Source: Podarcis vaucheri (taxonomy: Eukaryota). Taken from it: a DNA stretch of 64,000 nucleotides. Location of the stretch: the NCBI GenBank assembly GCA_965113315.1, contig OZ220364.1, one strand, 5' to 3'. The notes beneath the pieces are model-generated. The model saw nothing but the letters and a program-made list of their open reading frames with translations. It was not told where the DNA came from and ran no database searches. Numbering within the stretch: the first letter of the stretch is position 1; every line of letters begins with the position of its first letter. A program made the position numbers and the translations under genes. Positions 12,756 to 24,183 of the stretch are shown in pieces.

Positions 12756-13234
12756 AGTATGAATGCATTATTTGAAGCAAAATCCAAACTGTCAGTACAA
12801 TGCTATCCGCCTTTCCACATAGATAGCTTGGGGAGGTGGGGAGAACAGGGGAGAAAAAATGGCCCATAGATGTCTCTCCATCACTTCCACTAGTGGAGAT
12901 AAGCGCTGCTGACGGGGCAGGGAGCAAGGCTGTGCCACAAGGGCTACCCAAGTTCCACCCTAGTGAATGGAAAGCTACCAGGGCTAACAGCTTTAGATCC
13001 AAAATTGCATGGATTCCCTGAGGGGTCCCATTCTTTGTTCCCTTGTCTATGCCAGCCTGGAGCTGCCGCACAAAAAAAGGGGAAATCTCCTTTCAGCCTT
13101 CTGCCCAGAAAGCAGCAGGACTTTGAACGTGAAGGTAGATCTGCTGATCCACTCCACTTTGCTGCTCCCAGCTGGGTTTTGGGTTGCCCTGTGTGTTGCG
13201 GAATCAATAGCTAACAATTCTGCTTTTATTGCAG

Positions 13235-13271
13235 ATGTCGGGTTAAACATGCCGATAATCTCATCGAAAAA
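13235..13271 (+). CDS. TSEN2: TSEN2 coding exon 3
   Basis: (D)VGLNMPIISSK(K); ttgcag/gtaagt boundaries; 37 nt; phase consistent. Confidence 0.92.
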
Positions 13272-13334
13272 GTAAGTGCGGCTCCCCCCCCCTTTTCCCC
13301 CCTCCTGTGTCTGAAGCTTGAACTGCAGTTCCTT

Positions 13335-13797
13335 GGTACCAGGGAGGTCCGACTGGCACCTTCATTATACACCTTTGGGTGCCAGGCGAAGATGTTCCCC
13401 TTTAACCAGGCCTTTGGCTGATTGACATCCGATGCCCTTTTAAATCTTTTGTGGAAGGGAGGGGGCATTATTGGTTTGTTTTTGTTCCTATTTTTGTTAT
13501 GTACAGTGGTACCTCAGGTTAGGAACTTAATTCGTTCTGGAGGTCTGTTCTTAACCTGAAACTGTTCTTAACCTGAGGTACTACTTTAGCTAATGGGGCC
13601 TCCCGCTGCCGCCGGAGCACAATTTCTGTTCTCATCCTGAAGCAAAGTTCTTAACCCGAGGTACTATTTCTAGGTTAGCGGAGTCTGTAACCTGAAGTGT
13701 ATGTAACCCGAGGTACCAATGTACTTTGGGTTTTCTATATTGTAATTTTGTGCTGTGAACTGCCCTGAGATCTATGGGCACAGGGCAGTATACAAAC

Positions 13798-13836
<39 letters not shown>
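13335..13836 (+). mobile_element. L2-type LINE 3' end with (AAT)n tail, interrupted by a MITE
   Basis: L2-like terminal TGTGAACTGCCCTGAG...GGGCAGTATACAAA followed by (AAT)n at 13799-13836; boundaries approximate. Confidence 0.6.
13504..13721. mobile_element. Tigger-like MITE, family copy 1
   Basis: TA TSD; TIR CAGTGGTACCTC...GAGGTACCAATG; near-identical to 30489-30713 and 55478-55692. Confidence 0.9.
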
Positions 13837-14103
13837 GTGAAATTGAAGTTTGTTAGGGGTGGCTAATGTGGTGCTTGAGGGCGCACATGGGCCTGCAGGG
13901 GGCTTTTCTGGCACATGTAGGGGCCCCTCCCCCTGCTGAAATTAAGCAAAAGAATCATTATTGTGTAGCCAACAGAAAAGGTCTTGGTGTGTGCTTGGTT
14001 GCAGGACGTCTTATGTGGTGCTAAAAACAGTTTCTCCCATTTGCAAGTGTGTCCGCAGGCCTTGGAAAGATTGGCAACCCCTGTGTTTCCTTTTTTATTC
14101 CAG

Positions 14104-14578
14104 GTACCAGCGTCATGTAGAATGGGCTAAAAGCCTCATGCGGGAGCAAGGACTGGATGACTTCACAGTTGATGCAGCCATTCTGAATTATACGCAGCCC
14201 GTTAATCTGAGAGAAGTTGAGCAAAATAGTGAGGTTGAGGAAACCATCAAGATGGAGACGGCTGAGGATGAGTCAAAGCATGTAGTGACTTCTTCTGAAA
14301 CAAATGGGGGTAAAGTAGCTGGCCTGGAAGGTGGTCCATTTTTTGATCCACTAGCCGAGAATGACTCTAATGAATCAGATATAACAGGATCTAAACCTTT
14401 AGCTAAAAGACACTTGGCAAAACTGTCTCCAGTCGGTGTGCATCACAGCTGCAAGCCAGAAGGTTGTATTAATCAAGACTATAATAATGAGTGTGTGTTA
14501 GTTCAAGAAGAAGAAGAAGAAGAAGAAGAAGAAGAAGAAGAAGAAGAAGAAGAATCAAATTTATGTCTGAAAAAAGAG
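14104..14578 (+). CDS. TSEN2: TSEN2 coding exon 4 (variable insert with poly-Glu)
   Basis: YQRHVEWAKSLMREQG...ECVLVQE16SNLCLKKE; ccag/gtaaga boundaries; 475 nt. Confidence 0.93.
14507..14554 (+). repeat. Coding (GAA)16 trinucleotide repeat
   Basis: 16 uninterrupted GAA codons. Confidence 0.98.
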
Positions 14579-15069
14579 GTAAGAAATCACACATAAGGTC
14601 ACAAATTAGTCCATTGCTGTTTTTGGAGGGGCAACTTTTGTTAACAAAATATTAAAATAACATTTTGCCTTTTCAGTGACATATTTCTGACATAGGCAGT
14701 AGGTGTCATCATTTATCCCTTTCTGCTGAAAGAAATCACTCAGCTGATCTCCATCACTTGAAAGCCATTATGGCATTTATGCAGTAGTGACAGGTCAGTT
14801 TAACAAGTAAATTGTGAATCTTGGAATTTCAGTTCTAAGGTTCTCCTGCCCACGGCACATTTGGGACATGGGAGAAGATAAGCCAATGCCATCAAATGAG
14901 GTGTGCTAAGCAGAGAGAGAAAATTATTCAGGAGTGAATAGGCATGTCAGAAGGAGATTTTATGGGAGAAAAGGAATACGAAGTATCTTGCTGGCAGGCT
15001 CTTAGCTAGGTAAAAAGCTTAGAGTTGTGACTGCGTCTTTGTAACTTTGGTTTGCTACTTTTCTTGCAG

Positions 15070-15147
15070 TTAGTCAAAAAAGAAAGGTTAGTGTGCAGAA
15101 GGAATCCATTTAGGATCTTAGAATATTTGCAACTCAGTCTAGAAGAG
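15070..15147 (+). CDS. TSEN2: TSEN2 coding exon 5
   Basis: [26 protein letters not shown]; 78 nt; canonical splice sites. Confidence 0.95.
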
Positions 15148-16159
15148 GTAAGTTTGGAAGACTGTCATACTTGGTAATTTGCCAATGTAAATATATAACT
15201 TTGGTATTTGCATGGTTTTTGTTTTTAAGAAAGTGGATAAATTTTGGAAGAGGAAAAATTATAAATTCAGTCTTGCAGAATTCTGACATGATTGGCCTTT
15301 CCAGGTGCATTTGTACTACTGGTCACTAGAGCAGCCACATGATATTGCCCACCACTTGCTTCCAGTTGGATTCATATTGAATATGGCTCATAATTCTGAT
15401 AAACTGTGATAGCTGCTATGGCTGTTGCAGGTCCTTTTTGACTCCTCCACAGTCCCAGGCATTCCTTGATGGTCCTTAGGACGTCACTACCCAAGTCCCT
15501 CCTCACTGCACAAATGATCATTTGTACCTCTTCTTTCATTTTGGGGAACTTGTTCCCTGCCATATCCCCTCCCTTTCTTCAGCAGTCCACTCCTCTTACC
15601 TAGCACTAACGTACACACTTCCTGGTGGTGATTTTTCTTTCTTTTAAGGACTGCTTCCATCCCAAGGCTAAGCTCTTTTCCCTTCTGTTGCTAGAATTGA
15701 CAACACGAAGAATGAAAGTCATATTCTAGTGAAGGGTTTTCCCTCTCTCAAAAGATCCTGAATAATCCTGTTGCTCTTGCTCAGTTCCTCTGTTTTCAGT
15801 GGAATTTACTTAGGATAATCTCTTGAAGGATTGTGCTCATTGGGTAGATGGATTGCAGCAAAATCTTTTGTTTGTCTGCTCAGAAGCAAGCATGTAAATG
15901 ACTGCAACCTTGGATGTAAATGGGAGGGCTTTTATTATTATTATTATTTGAGGATTCAGCAGTCCTTGTTTGTACTGATGAGAACGTAGCTCCTATTATT
16001 TGATGAAAAGTATGATTGTGTGAGCAAATGCATTGTTTGACTTTTCCCACTTCCCTTTCCACCTCCCTACCATTACTATGCAAAACATGTCGGTGCCAGT
16101 ACTCTGTAATAATGTATATAACATACACAAAATAATTCTAACTACTGTTTGTTTTTTAG

Positions 16160-16210
16160 GCCTTTTTCTTGGTCTATGCTCTGGGATGTTTAAGTATTTA
16201 TTACAATGAG
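16160..16210 (+). CDS. TSEN2: TSEN2 coding exon 6
   Basis: AFFLVYALGCLSIYYNE; 51 nt; canonical splice sites. Confidence 0.95.
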
Positions 16211-16230
16211 GTAAGATGGTGCCTTTAGTC

Positions 16231-16924
16231 AATACAATACAAATCTTTATTACGGTCATAGACCAGCATAAAAGGGTGGGATACAGTCATTTGAAATCGG
16301 AAAAGCATTTTGGAAAGCTAAAAGGTATTAAAAGTGAAGGTTAATATAAAAGTCTATAAGAATTTAGAAGAAGCTAAAAGAAGGGATAGGAGGATTGGAT
16401 GGGTGTGGAAGAGCGTAAAAGGCTGATTTATAAAAGACTTTTAACTATTAATTCATGGAGCACTCTGATACGTTCCTTAAATCTGGTTTGTGGCACAGGT
16501 CATCCTCCGATTAATTTTGAGCACTGCTGTGCAGAATCTAGCAACATTGTGTGTTGTAGCAGGATTGGTATCTGAGAGCAGCAGGGAGGTATAGAATTGC
16601 CCTATGCGCCCTGGGTACTTATGAAGTAGTGGGGAAATCAGGCTAATAGGAATGTCTCTGTAATACAGGCACTGGAGAAGGACATGCTCCAGCGTTTCTA
16701 TTTGTCCCGAGTCACAGGGACATTGTCCCCCGGGTAGTTAATCTTCCTGTATCGACCTTCAATGACAGCATGACATCGAGCCAGGGTAAAAGCCCTTCGG
16801 TATTTAGGGATTTCAAGTTTAGTTTAGTTAGATATTCCATAGGGGAGACAAAGTACCTGGTGGATTCCTTGGCAGTAAAAGTTGGGAGTCCTGGCTAGAT
16901 CCAATTGGTGGCTAGATCCAATTG
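16231..16924 (-). mobile_element. 5'-truncated non-LTR retrotransposon (RTE-X-like) with C-terminal CCHC motif
   Basis: 13-bp TSD GGTGCCTTTAGTC at 16218-16230 and 16925-16937; minus-strand remnant CPCDSGQIETLEHVLLQCLYY; tail GGTCTATGACCGTAATAAAG(ATTGT)n. Confidence 0.75.
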
Positions 16925-17582
16925 GGTGCCTTTAGTCTGTAGTAGTAAGTTGTGTGTGAGTTAACCTGTTGCGTGTGTTGCTTGTTACCATAAAACAACA
17001 AACACTTTGTAATAGTTTCCAAGGCAACTTACACCATGGGTAATTTTTCCTTCTCATATAATCTTATGTTCTCTGCATAAACGTAGACAGTCTTTGGTTA
17101 CAATTCTGCATTAGTTCCGTATGGCCTTTGAACTCTGTGGGTTTTAATTCCCTGTGAACATGCATAGCATTGGATTGTAAGTTCCATTCATTTTAGGGGG
17201 CTTAAATGGGTAAAGCAGAGCTCAGGATTTTGTATAATGCTATGAGAATAAAGCTTTATCCTAAACTTTTTCTGCATTGTGTAGTTGAGTATAACGTTTG
17301 GTGTTCCATTTCTGACTGCTGAGTTCCCTAGACTAGATGCCCTGGAACCTATTTTTAATAGCTTTAGCTACACCACAGTTCAAAAGCTAGATGGCATTTA
17401 TGCTTAGACTTGCATGACAAACTTCACATTTGGCTTCTGTCCTCTTTGTGCCTTCTCCCAACTTGAATAAAAGATAAAAGACGCTGCTCTAGAAGTGGCT
17501 AAGATTGTTGACTTAGCTGCCAATAATAGTAGATTGCTTTTGTACACTGTAATTATAGGAAAGCATCTGGTTGTGTTTTTAG

Positions 17583-17721
17583 GCACCTTTATCTATTCTG
17601 AAGCTATGGGAAGTTTTTAGCGAAGCACAACCCAAATTTAAGGCTACATACATGGCATATCACTACTTCCGTAGTAAAGGATGGGTCCCTAAAGTTGGCC
17701 TGAAATATGGGACTGACCTCT
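17583..17721 (+). CDS. TSEN2: TSEN2 coding exon 7
   Basis: [12 protein letters not shown]...[24 protein letters not shown], including the catalytic Tyr; 139 nt. Confidence 0.97.
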
Positions 17722-19560
17722 GTGAGTATTTTCCTTTCATTGATTATAGTTTGCAGTAGAGGCTGGTGCACACAATACAGATCCAGTCCTTTTTATGTGG
17801 TGATGCACTGTCCCCTCCCATTTCCACAAGGACAGGTTTTCCAACGCATGGCCTGCAAGCACAGGCCATAAGTAGGGGATGGTGCAGTCAATTCCCAGGT
17901 AAGACCTGGGGACCAATTTTGACCTGCATGCGTTTGATGTTAGACATGCAGGCTAGAATTCATCTGTGCCATCCTCATAGTGATGGGCAGAAGCAAGAAA
18001 GTGTGCTGGAAAGAGGGGTGGGCAGGTACTTTTGCATTCCCCCTCCACATGATCACTAGATTGCTATCACCCAGACCGACCCATAGATAGCCTTTGTGAT
18101 ATCGTTTTCCCCGTTACTTGATAACAAAGACCACTGGACCAAATATGGTTAGTGCAGATTGCAGAACGTAAGAGAGGCCACACACTGGAACTGTGTGATG
18201 AAATGGATATTGCAATGATGAAAGCTGGTGGAGCTTTGTGGGGTGGGGGATTGGCTCAGCTAATCGTCTCACAGTGCAGAAAGTTATTTTTTGTCAGCCT
18301 GCTCCCCAACTTAAATAGGCTATTGCTCATTGTCTGGTTCGTTTGTGCAGATGTGCTGCCCATTCATTTGACTGTAGCTTCCTTGAATCTTGAGCGCTAA
18401 TGTCTTGGTGTTCCTATTCTCTGTTGCCTCATTTGAGTAATAGATGTGCACACAGCAGTATTTTTTGAAAGAAATGTTTAATTGATGGCCTGCTGTCATC
18501 TGTAGGAGGGAAAAGCTTTTTACCATAGGCAAAAACGAGTCTGGTAATCTCCTGGGGGTGTTTATTGTCTTGCGGAGCACATTTAATATACAGAGCTCTT
18601 TACAGTCTTTCCTCAGTTCATCTCTTCCAGTTGTCCTTCAGGCCTATGAGCATGGGGAGTGAGACCCTAGCCATTTACCTGGTCAAGTCCTGGTGGGGAT
18701 TTACCTCCCATAACCTACCCTCACCCCCTCCTTTCTAAGAGGAACAGACCCAGCAAGGTATTGGCTTGCCTGAGCATGCAAGAAGATTAATTGCATCACT
18801 GTCCCTCTCTGAAGGCAAATGATGATAAAAGAATGCAACATTTTAAGCAATTAGTTTTCCCAATAAAAGAATGTTTCACTTCTCTTTTAGTCTGGGGGAC
18901 CAGCTTGCTGTTAATTACTATGGTAATCCCTTGGCAGCATCAACTGTGCTGCATTAGTTACTGCTCCAGATTCCTCTTGGTCCGCATTCAGTCTTTTGAG
19001 TGGAGCTAGTATGCTTTGGTTCCCAGGACCATTGGCAACTCTCTTGAGTAAATAGCTCTGCACATTACGTCCCCAAATGCTGTGCATGCAGCTGTGACCT
19101 CCTCTGCATGTGTTTTCCCAGACTGAGAACCTCATCTAGGAGCAGGTGCAACCTTGGTAAGATTGTTGGCAAGCAAGTGAGCAGCCGGAGGCTGGATTTA
19201 ACCCATCTCTCTTGGAATAGATCACTCTGTGGCTGTTTTTAGATCCTTATGTGTTATGTTTGCTAGTTGACTTGGAGTGACATGTGTGGGGTTTCCCCCC
19301 CTGAAGGTGGCACTGTACAAGTAGTTAAAATATCTTTATTCCCAGTTACCTGATTAGGATTTTTATTTATTGTGAGCAGCTTCAGCTCCCAACTGCGGTT
19401 AGAATAAAAGCAAACAACCCTGATCCTATTATATTATGGTTTAGATTTTCAAAGCTGAGTAATGGGGAAGCCACGTGTCCTACATTAATATGATTCAAAA
19501 TGAAGAAAGCATGATTATTTCTAGTAAGCGCTTGTTTTGTTTCTTTTCTTCCCATTGCAG

Positions 19561-19597
19561 TGTTGTATCGAAAAGGTCCTCCTTTTTACCATGCCAG
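19561..19597 (+). CDS. TSEN2: TSEN2 coding exon 8
   Basis: LLYRKGPPFYHAS, including the catalytic His; 37 nt. Confidence 0.97.
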
Positions 19598-20014
19598 GTA
19601 TAGCATTCATATTTGGATATTACAGACAGACAGACAGACAGACAGATATGCTTAAGTGTTATGCTTAATTATTGCATCATTAGCACTGAAGGAAACATGA
19701 TTGCATTGGGAAGGGACAGGAGATTGACATTTTTAATAAACACTCTGGGGTACAAAGCAAGTCTGAGTACAAGTTTTCCTTAGTGGACTCATAAGATATC
19801 TAACAGAGTGACTCTGGAAAGCAGCTTTGAGTTTGGGTAACTGGATGGAGGGCTAGATACAGCCTGCAAGGTGGCTGTATCTTTTGCTAAATGCTAAAGT
19901 GAAGCTTCAGCTCTTAAGTAAATTTTAGCTGAGGACTAGTGGACTGTACCTAGTTTTTAAATGCCAGTTTCACCCCATCATCCTAAAAAAGTTTCACTTT
20001 GCTTTGTCTTCCAG

Positions 20015-20126
20015 TTACTCTGTCATTGTGGAATTAGTTAACAGTGACTTTGAAGGGTCACCACACAGACCTTTCAGCTGGAAGTCTTTGTCTGGGTTGA
20101 ACAGGACTACAGCAAATGTTTCCAAG
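20015..20126 (+). CDS. TSEN2: TSEN2 coding exon 9
   Basis: [37 protein letters not shown], including the catalytic Lys; 112 nt. Confidence 0.96.
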
Positions 20127-20351
20127 GTAACATAGACTCAGCTAAGCATTTCAAAGCTACAAGGAAAAGCATTGTGGAGCAAAGGAAAGGTGCTACCGTT
20201 GGGGCACAAAAAGAGATAATGTGAAGTTGTCAATTATAGCCATAAATAAGATAAATGAGATACTGATCAATTGATTTGATTGATCCTCCATGTGTGTGAC
20301 CTATCCTGGGTTCAGCTGTGTTTCTTAGTGTCACCGAAGCCGCTTCAAGTA

Positions 20352-20583
20352 TAGTCGTACCTTGGAAGTTGAAAGGAATAGGTTCTGGAAGTCCGTTTGA
20401 CTACCAAAGCGTTTGGAAACCAAACGTTTGGAAGCTCCTGCAGCCAATCAGACGCCGCGGAAGCCCGCCAGACGTTCAGTTTCCAAAAATAGTTCACAAA
20501 CCGGAACAGTCACTTCCAGGTTTGCAGCGTTTGGGAGCCAAAACATTTGAGAACTAAGCTGTTCGAAAACCAAGGTATGACCG
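20352..20583. mobile_element. Tc1/mariner (Tigger-like) MITE
   Basis: TA-flanked; imperfect TIRs TAGTCGTACCTTGG...CCAAGGTATGACCG. Confidence 0.7.
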
Positions 20584-21531
20584 TATTTGCATGGGGAACT
20601 CTTACATTCTGGGCCATCTGCACCTTTTCTTATTCAGTGCTAGCCACTGATAAGAGACAGTTCAGGGAACTTCCCAAGTTTCAGAGAAGAGAGAAGAAAC
20701 GCCCAGTTCCAGTAATCAGGTGCCTTAAGCCCTATGTGCACTTATCTCAGAGTAAAGCTGAAAAAACATAATGGGACATTTCCAAGTAGAGAGTGGAAGT
20801 AAGATTGCAGGGTTAGTGTACACACATACTCAATTTCAAATTTCTAGCTTACAGGGAAGTACTTTAAATATTTCAAGTCAAGCACATTCAAATTTCCATT
20901 TGAACACTTATGTAATAGCTGGGATGTGTTGGAATACTTGCTTCTCAGTTCTCAACTTTTTATCTGAAACCTATCTAGAACACACTTACTTTATTTTGTC
21001 CTACACAGCATTCTTTAAATTGGCATAACCCCCATTATACACACTGGGAAGGGTATTTTTCTGGAAACATGCAACAGAGTAATAAGAACTGGAGATAAAG
21101 TACTTATGCCTAGTACTTCTGATTAGAGTTGCACATACCTACACACACAGACAGGTCTCTCATTGCTGCAATTTCTTGTGAAATTTCACTTCACAAACTC
21201 GAGTTTGAGGCTCTTTGGAGCTTCCCCCAATACAGCAAGAAGAATTGCCGTAGGTAGGAATACAAATTGTGTCCACTGAAGCTTTCCACAAAGGAACCCT
21301 GGTCTTAGAATCGGGGAGCAAGCGAGTGACCTGTACATAGCCATCCAATTGCAGACCACACCCAATGTGATTGTGGTTGGATGACAATTTGAACCCAGAT
21401 CTCCTTGATCCACATTCAGCGTTATATTCATTGAAGCACATTTTGCCTTACTACCACTACAGATGTAAAGAGCAAATCTTACACTACATGAATTTCGTAC
21501 ATTTTAATGGATTTTTATTTTTAACCACCAG

Positions 21532-21621
21532 GAACTCATGTTCTGCTATTTGATTCAGCCACCTGATATGACTGCAAAAGAAATGTTGTCACCAGAATGT
21601 CTCAAAAGAATTAAAGTTCAG
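21532..21621 (+). CDS. TSEN2: TSEN2 coding exon 10
   Basis: [30 protein letters not shown]; 90 nt. Confidence 0.96.
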
Positions 21622-22290
21622 GTATGCAAGTCCTGCTCTGATTTGTTTTCTGAAGTCACTGACTGCCTTAAGGTATCCAGTTCTCTGGATAGAATGTAGA
21701 CCATATTTTAATAATTTATTTTGTAATATTTGAACCTTTCCTAATTCAGTATATATATGTAGTAACTTGAGCTGGGTATACCACACATGGCAATCTGATT
21801 TGAGAACCTAGGGTTAATATCTGGGAATGCAGTAAAAATATTTTTGCCTGTGCCTGAATTGTTAGAGTAATTGTTGAGCAATTGATTTTTCGGGCTAATT
21901 TATATATCTCAAAAGAGCAGAATGAGATACATCATTTGCCTAACTTATGAGGCTCCTTCCTATAGATGTTACAGGAGCAATGAGGCATCTAGTTACATTG
22001 ATATGCTTTCTATGCCATTTCAGTAGCAGGCGAATTACTCTTGAAAAAGTAGTAATAAGTAATGCTCTAGTGTGGTCAGAATCCTAGAAAACAGTACAAC
22101 ATAATGCCTAAGATTTGAAGTTTCTAATCCGACACTCCCAAAGGAACTTCGGGCACCTGGATCTTGAACATCAGCCCGCTATGCCACATAATACACCTCT
22201 TTCACTGATATGGGAAAGACAGGCGAAGCACCAAAATCATATTGTACATGGCTCAGGTCTTGGCATACTGAAAACAGAAGGTGTGCTGAC

Positions 22291-22503
22291 GTAGAATCAT
22301 AGAACTGCAGAGTTAGGAGGGATCCCAAGTGTCCTCTGGTCCAAACAGCTGCAATGCAGGAATCTCCATGACGGATAGCCATCCAGCCCCTGCTTAACAA
22401 CCACCCGTGAGGCCACCACCTTCCGAGGAAGTCAGTTCCACTATGGAACAGCTCTTACCGCCACAATGTCTTCCTGGTATTTAGTCAGAATCTCCTTTCT
22501 TGA
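22291..22503 (-). mobile_element. CR1 LINE 3' fragment
   Basis: Starts TAGAATCATAGAA; similar to the 7038-7436 element. Confidence 0.7.
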
Positions 22504-22788
22504 GTTAGGGTTAGAAATGTGTCAGAACAATAGAGACCAAAGTTATTTGTTTTTCCATTGGTTGTGTGTGATTGAGGGATAAGGACAAACAAGGTGAATG
22601 GGACTGGGGTGCTACTGTGGTGGACATGCATGTACGTTGATGAGCTGCTGCCTTATCCCAGTGGGAAGCCCAAAGGGCACTTCTGCTACAGCTAAATCAT
22701 ACTGGGTTAACTAGGGACAAGAGCAGTGAACAAACTTTTTTTTCCATTTATACCTTTTTAGTCGTCAATAATCAATGACTTTTTTTAG

Positions 22789-22848
22789 GAATTGATTCTA
22801 AACCGTTGGGTCTCATCCCATGAGCGCAGTGAACAAGAAGAGCTGTGA
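22789..22848 (+). CDS. TSEN2: TSEN2 final coding exon
   Basis: ELILNRWVSSHERSEQEEL* (TGA at 22846-22848); total CDS 1350 nt = 449 aa. Confidence 0.96.
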   Translation, partial: ELILNRWVSSHERSEQEEL

Positions 22849-22881
22849 TAAAATGGATTGCGGAAACATGACAACAAAGTA

Positions 22882-22887
22882 AATAAA
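22882..22887 (+). terminator. Candidate TSEN2 polyadenylation signal
   Basis: AATAAA 33 nt after the stop codon, followed by T/GT-rich sequence. Confidence 0.55.
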
Positions 22888-23222
22888 ATGTCAAATGTTT
22901 ACTCTTGTAGAGCTGTCTCTGCATGTTGCATTACACATGCACACACACAGTTTTTGTTTTGTTTTTAAATTAAAACCTAGATGGATACTGACAGATATTC
23001 TCTGAACCCCCAAAATGTATTTTCTGTAGTTAAGTTTTTACCTCAATATTCAGTACATTTTATTTTATTGCTATGGCTAGTGGCTGATGCAAATAAGATT
23101 CTTCTTCTTCTGAATCTATTTTGTCCATGGAGAACATTAAATTTGTGTTCTTGGTCCACCTTGTCTTGATATTTCTGTGAACTTTAGCCATTCCGCTACA
23201 GGTAATTAACCAAACTTTAGCT

Positions 23223-23331
23223 CAGGGATGGGCAAGTTATAGCTCTCCAGAGGTTGCTGGACTACAGCTGACTATTGGCCATGGTGTTGGGGACCAGCAA
23301 TATGTGTAGAACTACAGCTGCTCCACCCCTG
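23223..23331. mobile_element. Degenerate short hAT MITE
   Basis: CAGGGATGGGCAA...CCACCCCTG ends and a GGACTACA core shared with 28626-28761 and 33431-33539. Confidence 0.55.
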
Positions 23332-23960
23332 CCTTAACTCCTGGTACATAGTTATAATTACTTTGGAAGCAAGAGGTGTTTGTAGAATGCAGATCAATAA
23401 TGTTCAGAACGGCTTAGAGGAATGCCTGTTTACTCAGAGGTAAGTCCCAGTGAGTTCAGTGGGGCTTACTCCACATAGGACTGTAGCACGAGTAAAGCTG
23501 TGTTTGTTTCGAATCAGAAACACACCTAGGATGTTTTCAGTTTTCTACCTACCATTCTTTGTAAACTAACATTGCTATAGAGTAAACGTGCAAATGAAAG
23601 GAAGCCTTTTCTGTTAGGTTAATGATTTTGAAGGTTACTTGCAATATGCCAAAAAAAAAAAAAAATTAGAACATGCAAGAATGCAGATAATGTCTTTATT
23701 TTATTTCATTCTTCCAAATGTCATTGTTTAGAAAAGTAGAAGTTTATTGGAACAGCCTCAAGGTTCCATAGTCTTATGGATACTTGAGATTAATCCTCAA
23801 TCTCTGTGGGACCGCCTTCTGAGTAAACATGCAGCATGATTTAATACATGTGTTGCAGTCCCAGCTTCATGTTTTCTTGTGAGATGATAGGAACAAGAAA
23901 TATAAGTGCCTTAACATAAGGATTTTACTTCCATTGCTATACAGTTCCCTCATTATAAAT

Positions 23961-24183
23961 TCAAATGGCAGTGTCCTCCTGAGCAGGCAGGTCAACCGCA
24001 TAGAATCCATTTTTGCATATTTCCTTGTAGATGGTGATATACTTGGAAGCTTTCCTTGTTCGTGGAATCACAAATCTCTCTGTAAAATCACTTTTATTCA
24101 TTTGCTGCTTCTTTTGGGCGCTAAGCACACAGTTAATAAATGTTAGTGCATAGGTGTAACAGTTATGGAGATGTTCTTCATAC
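23961..24183 (-). CDS. MKRN2OS: MKRN2 opposite strand protein, exon 4 (last)
   Basis: (R)YEEHLHNCYTYALTFINCVL...FTERFVIPRTRKASKYITIY...* ; acceptor taatag; total CDS 654 nt = 217 aa. Confidence 0.92.
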
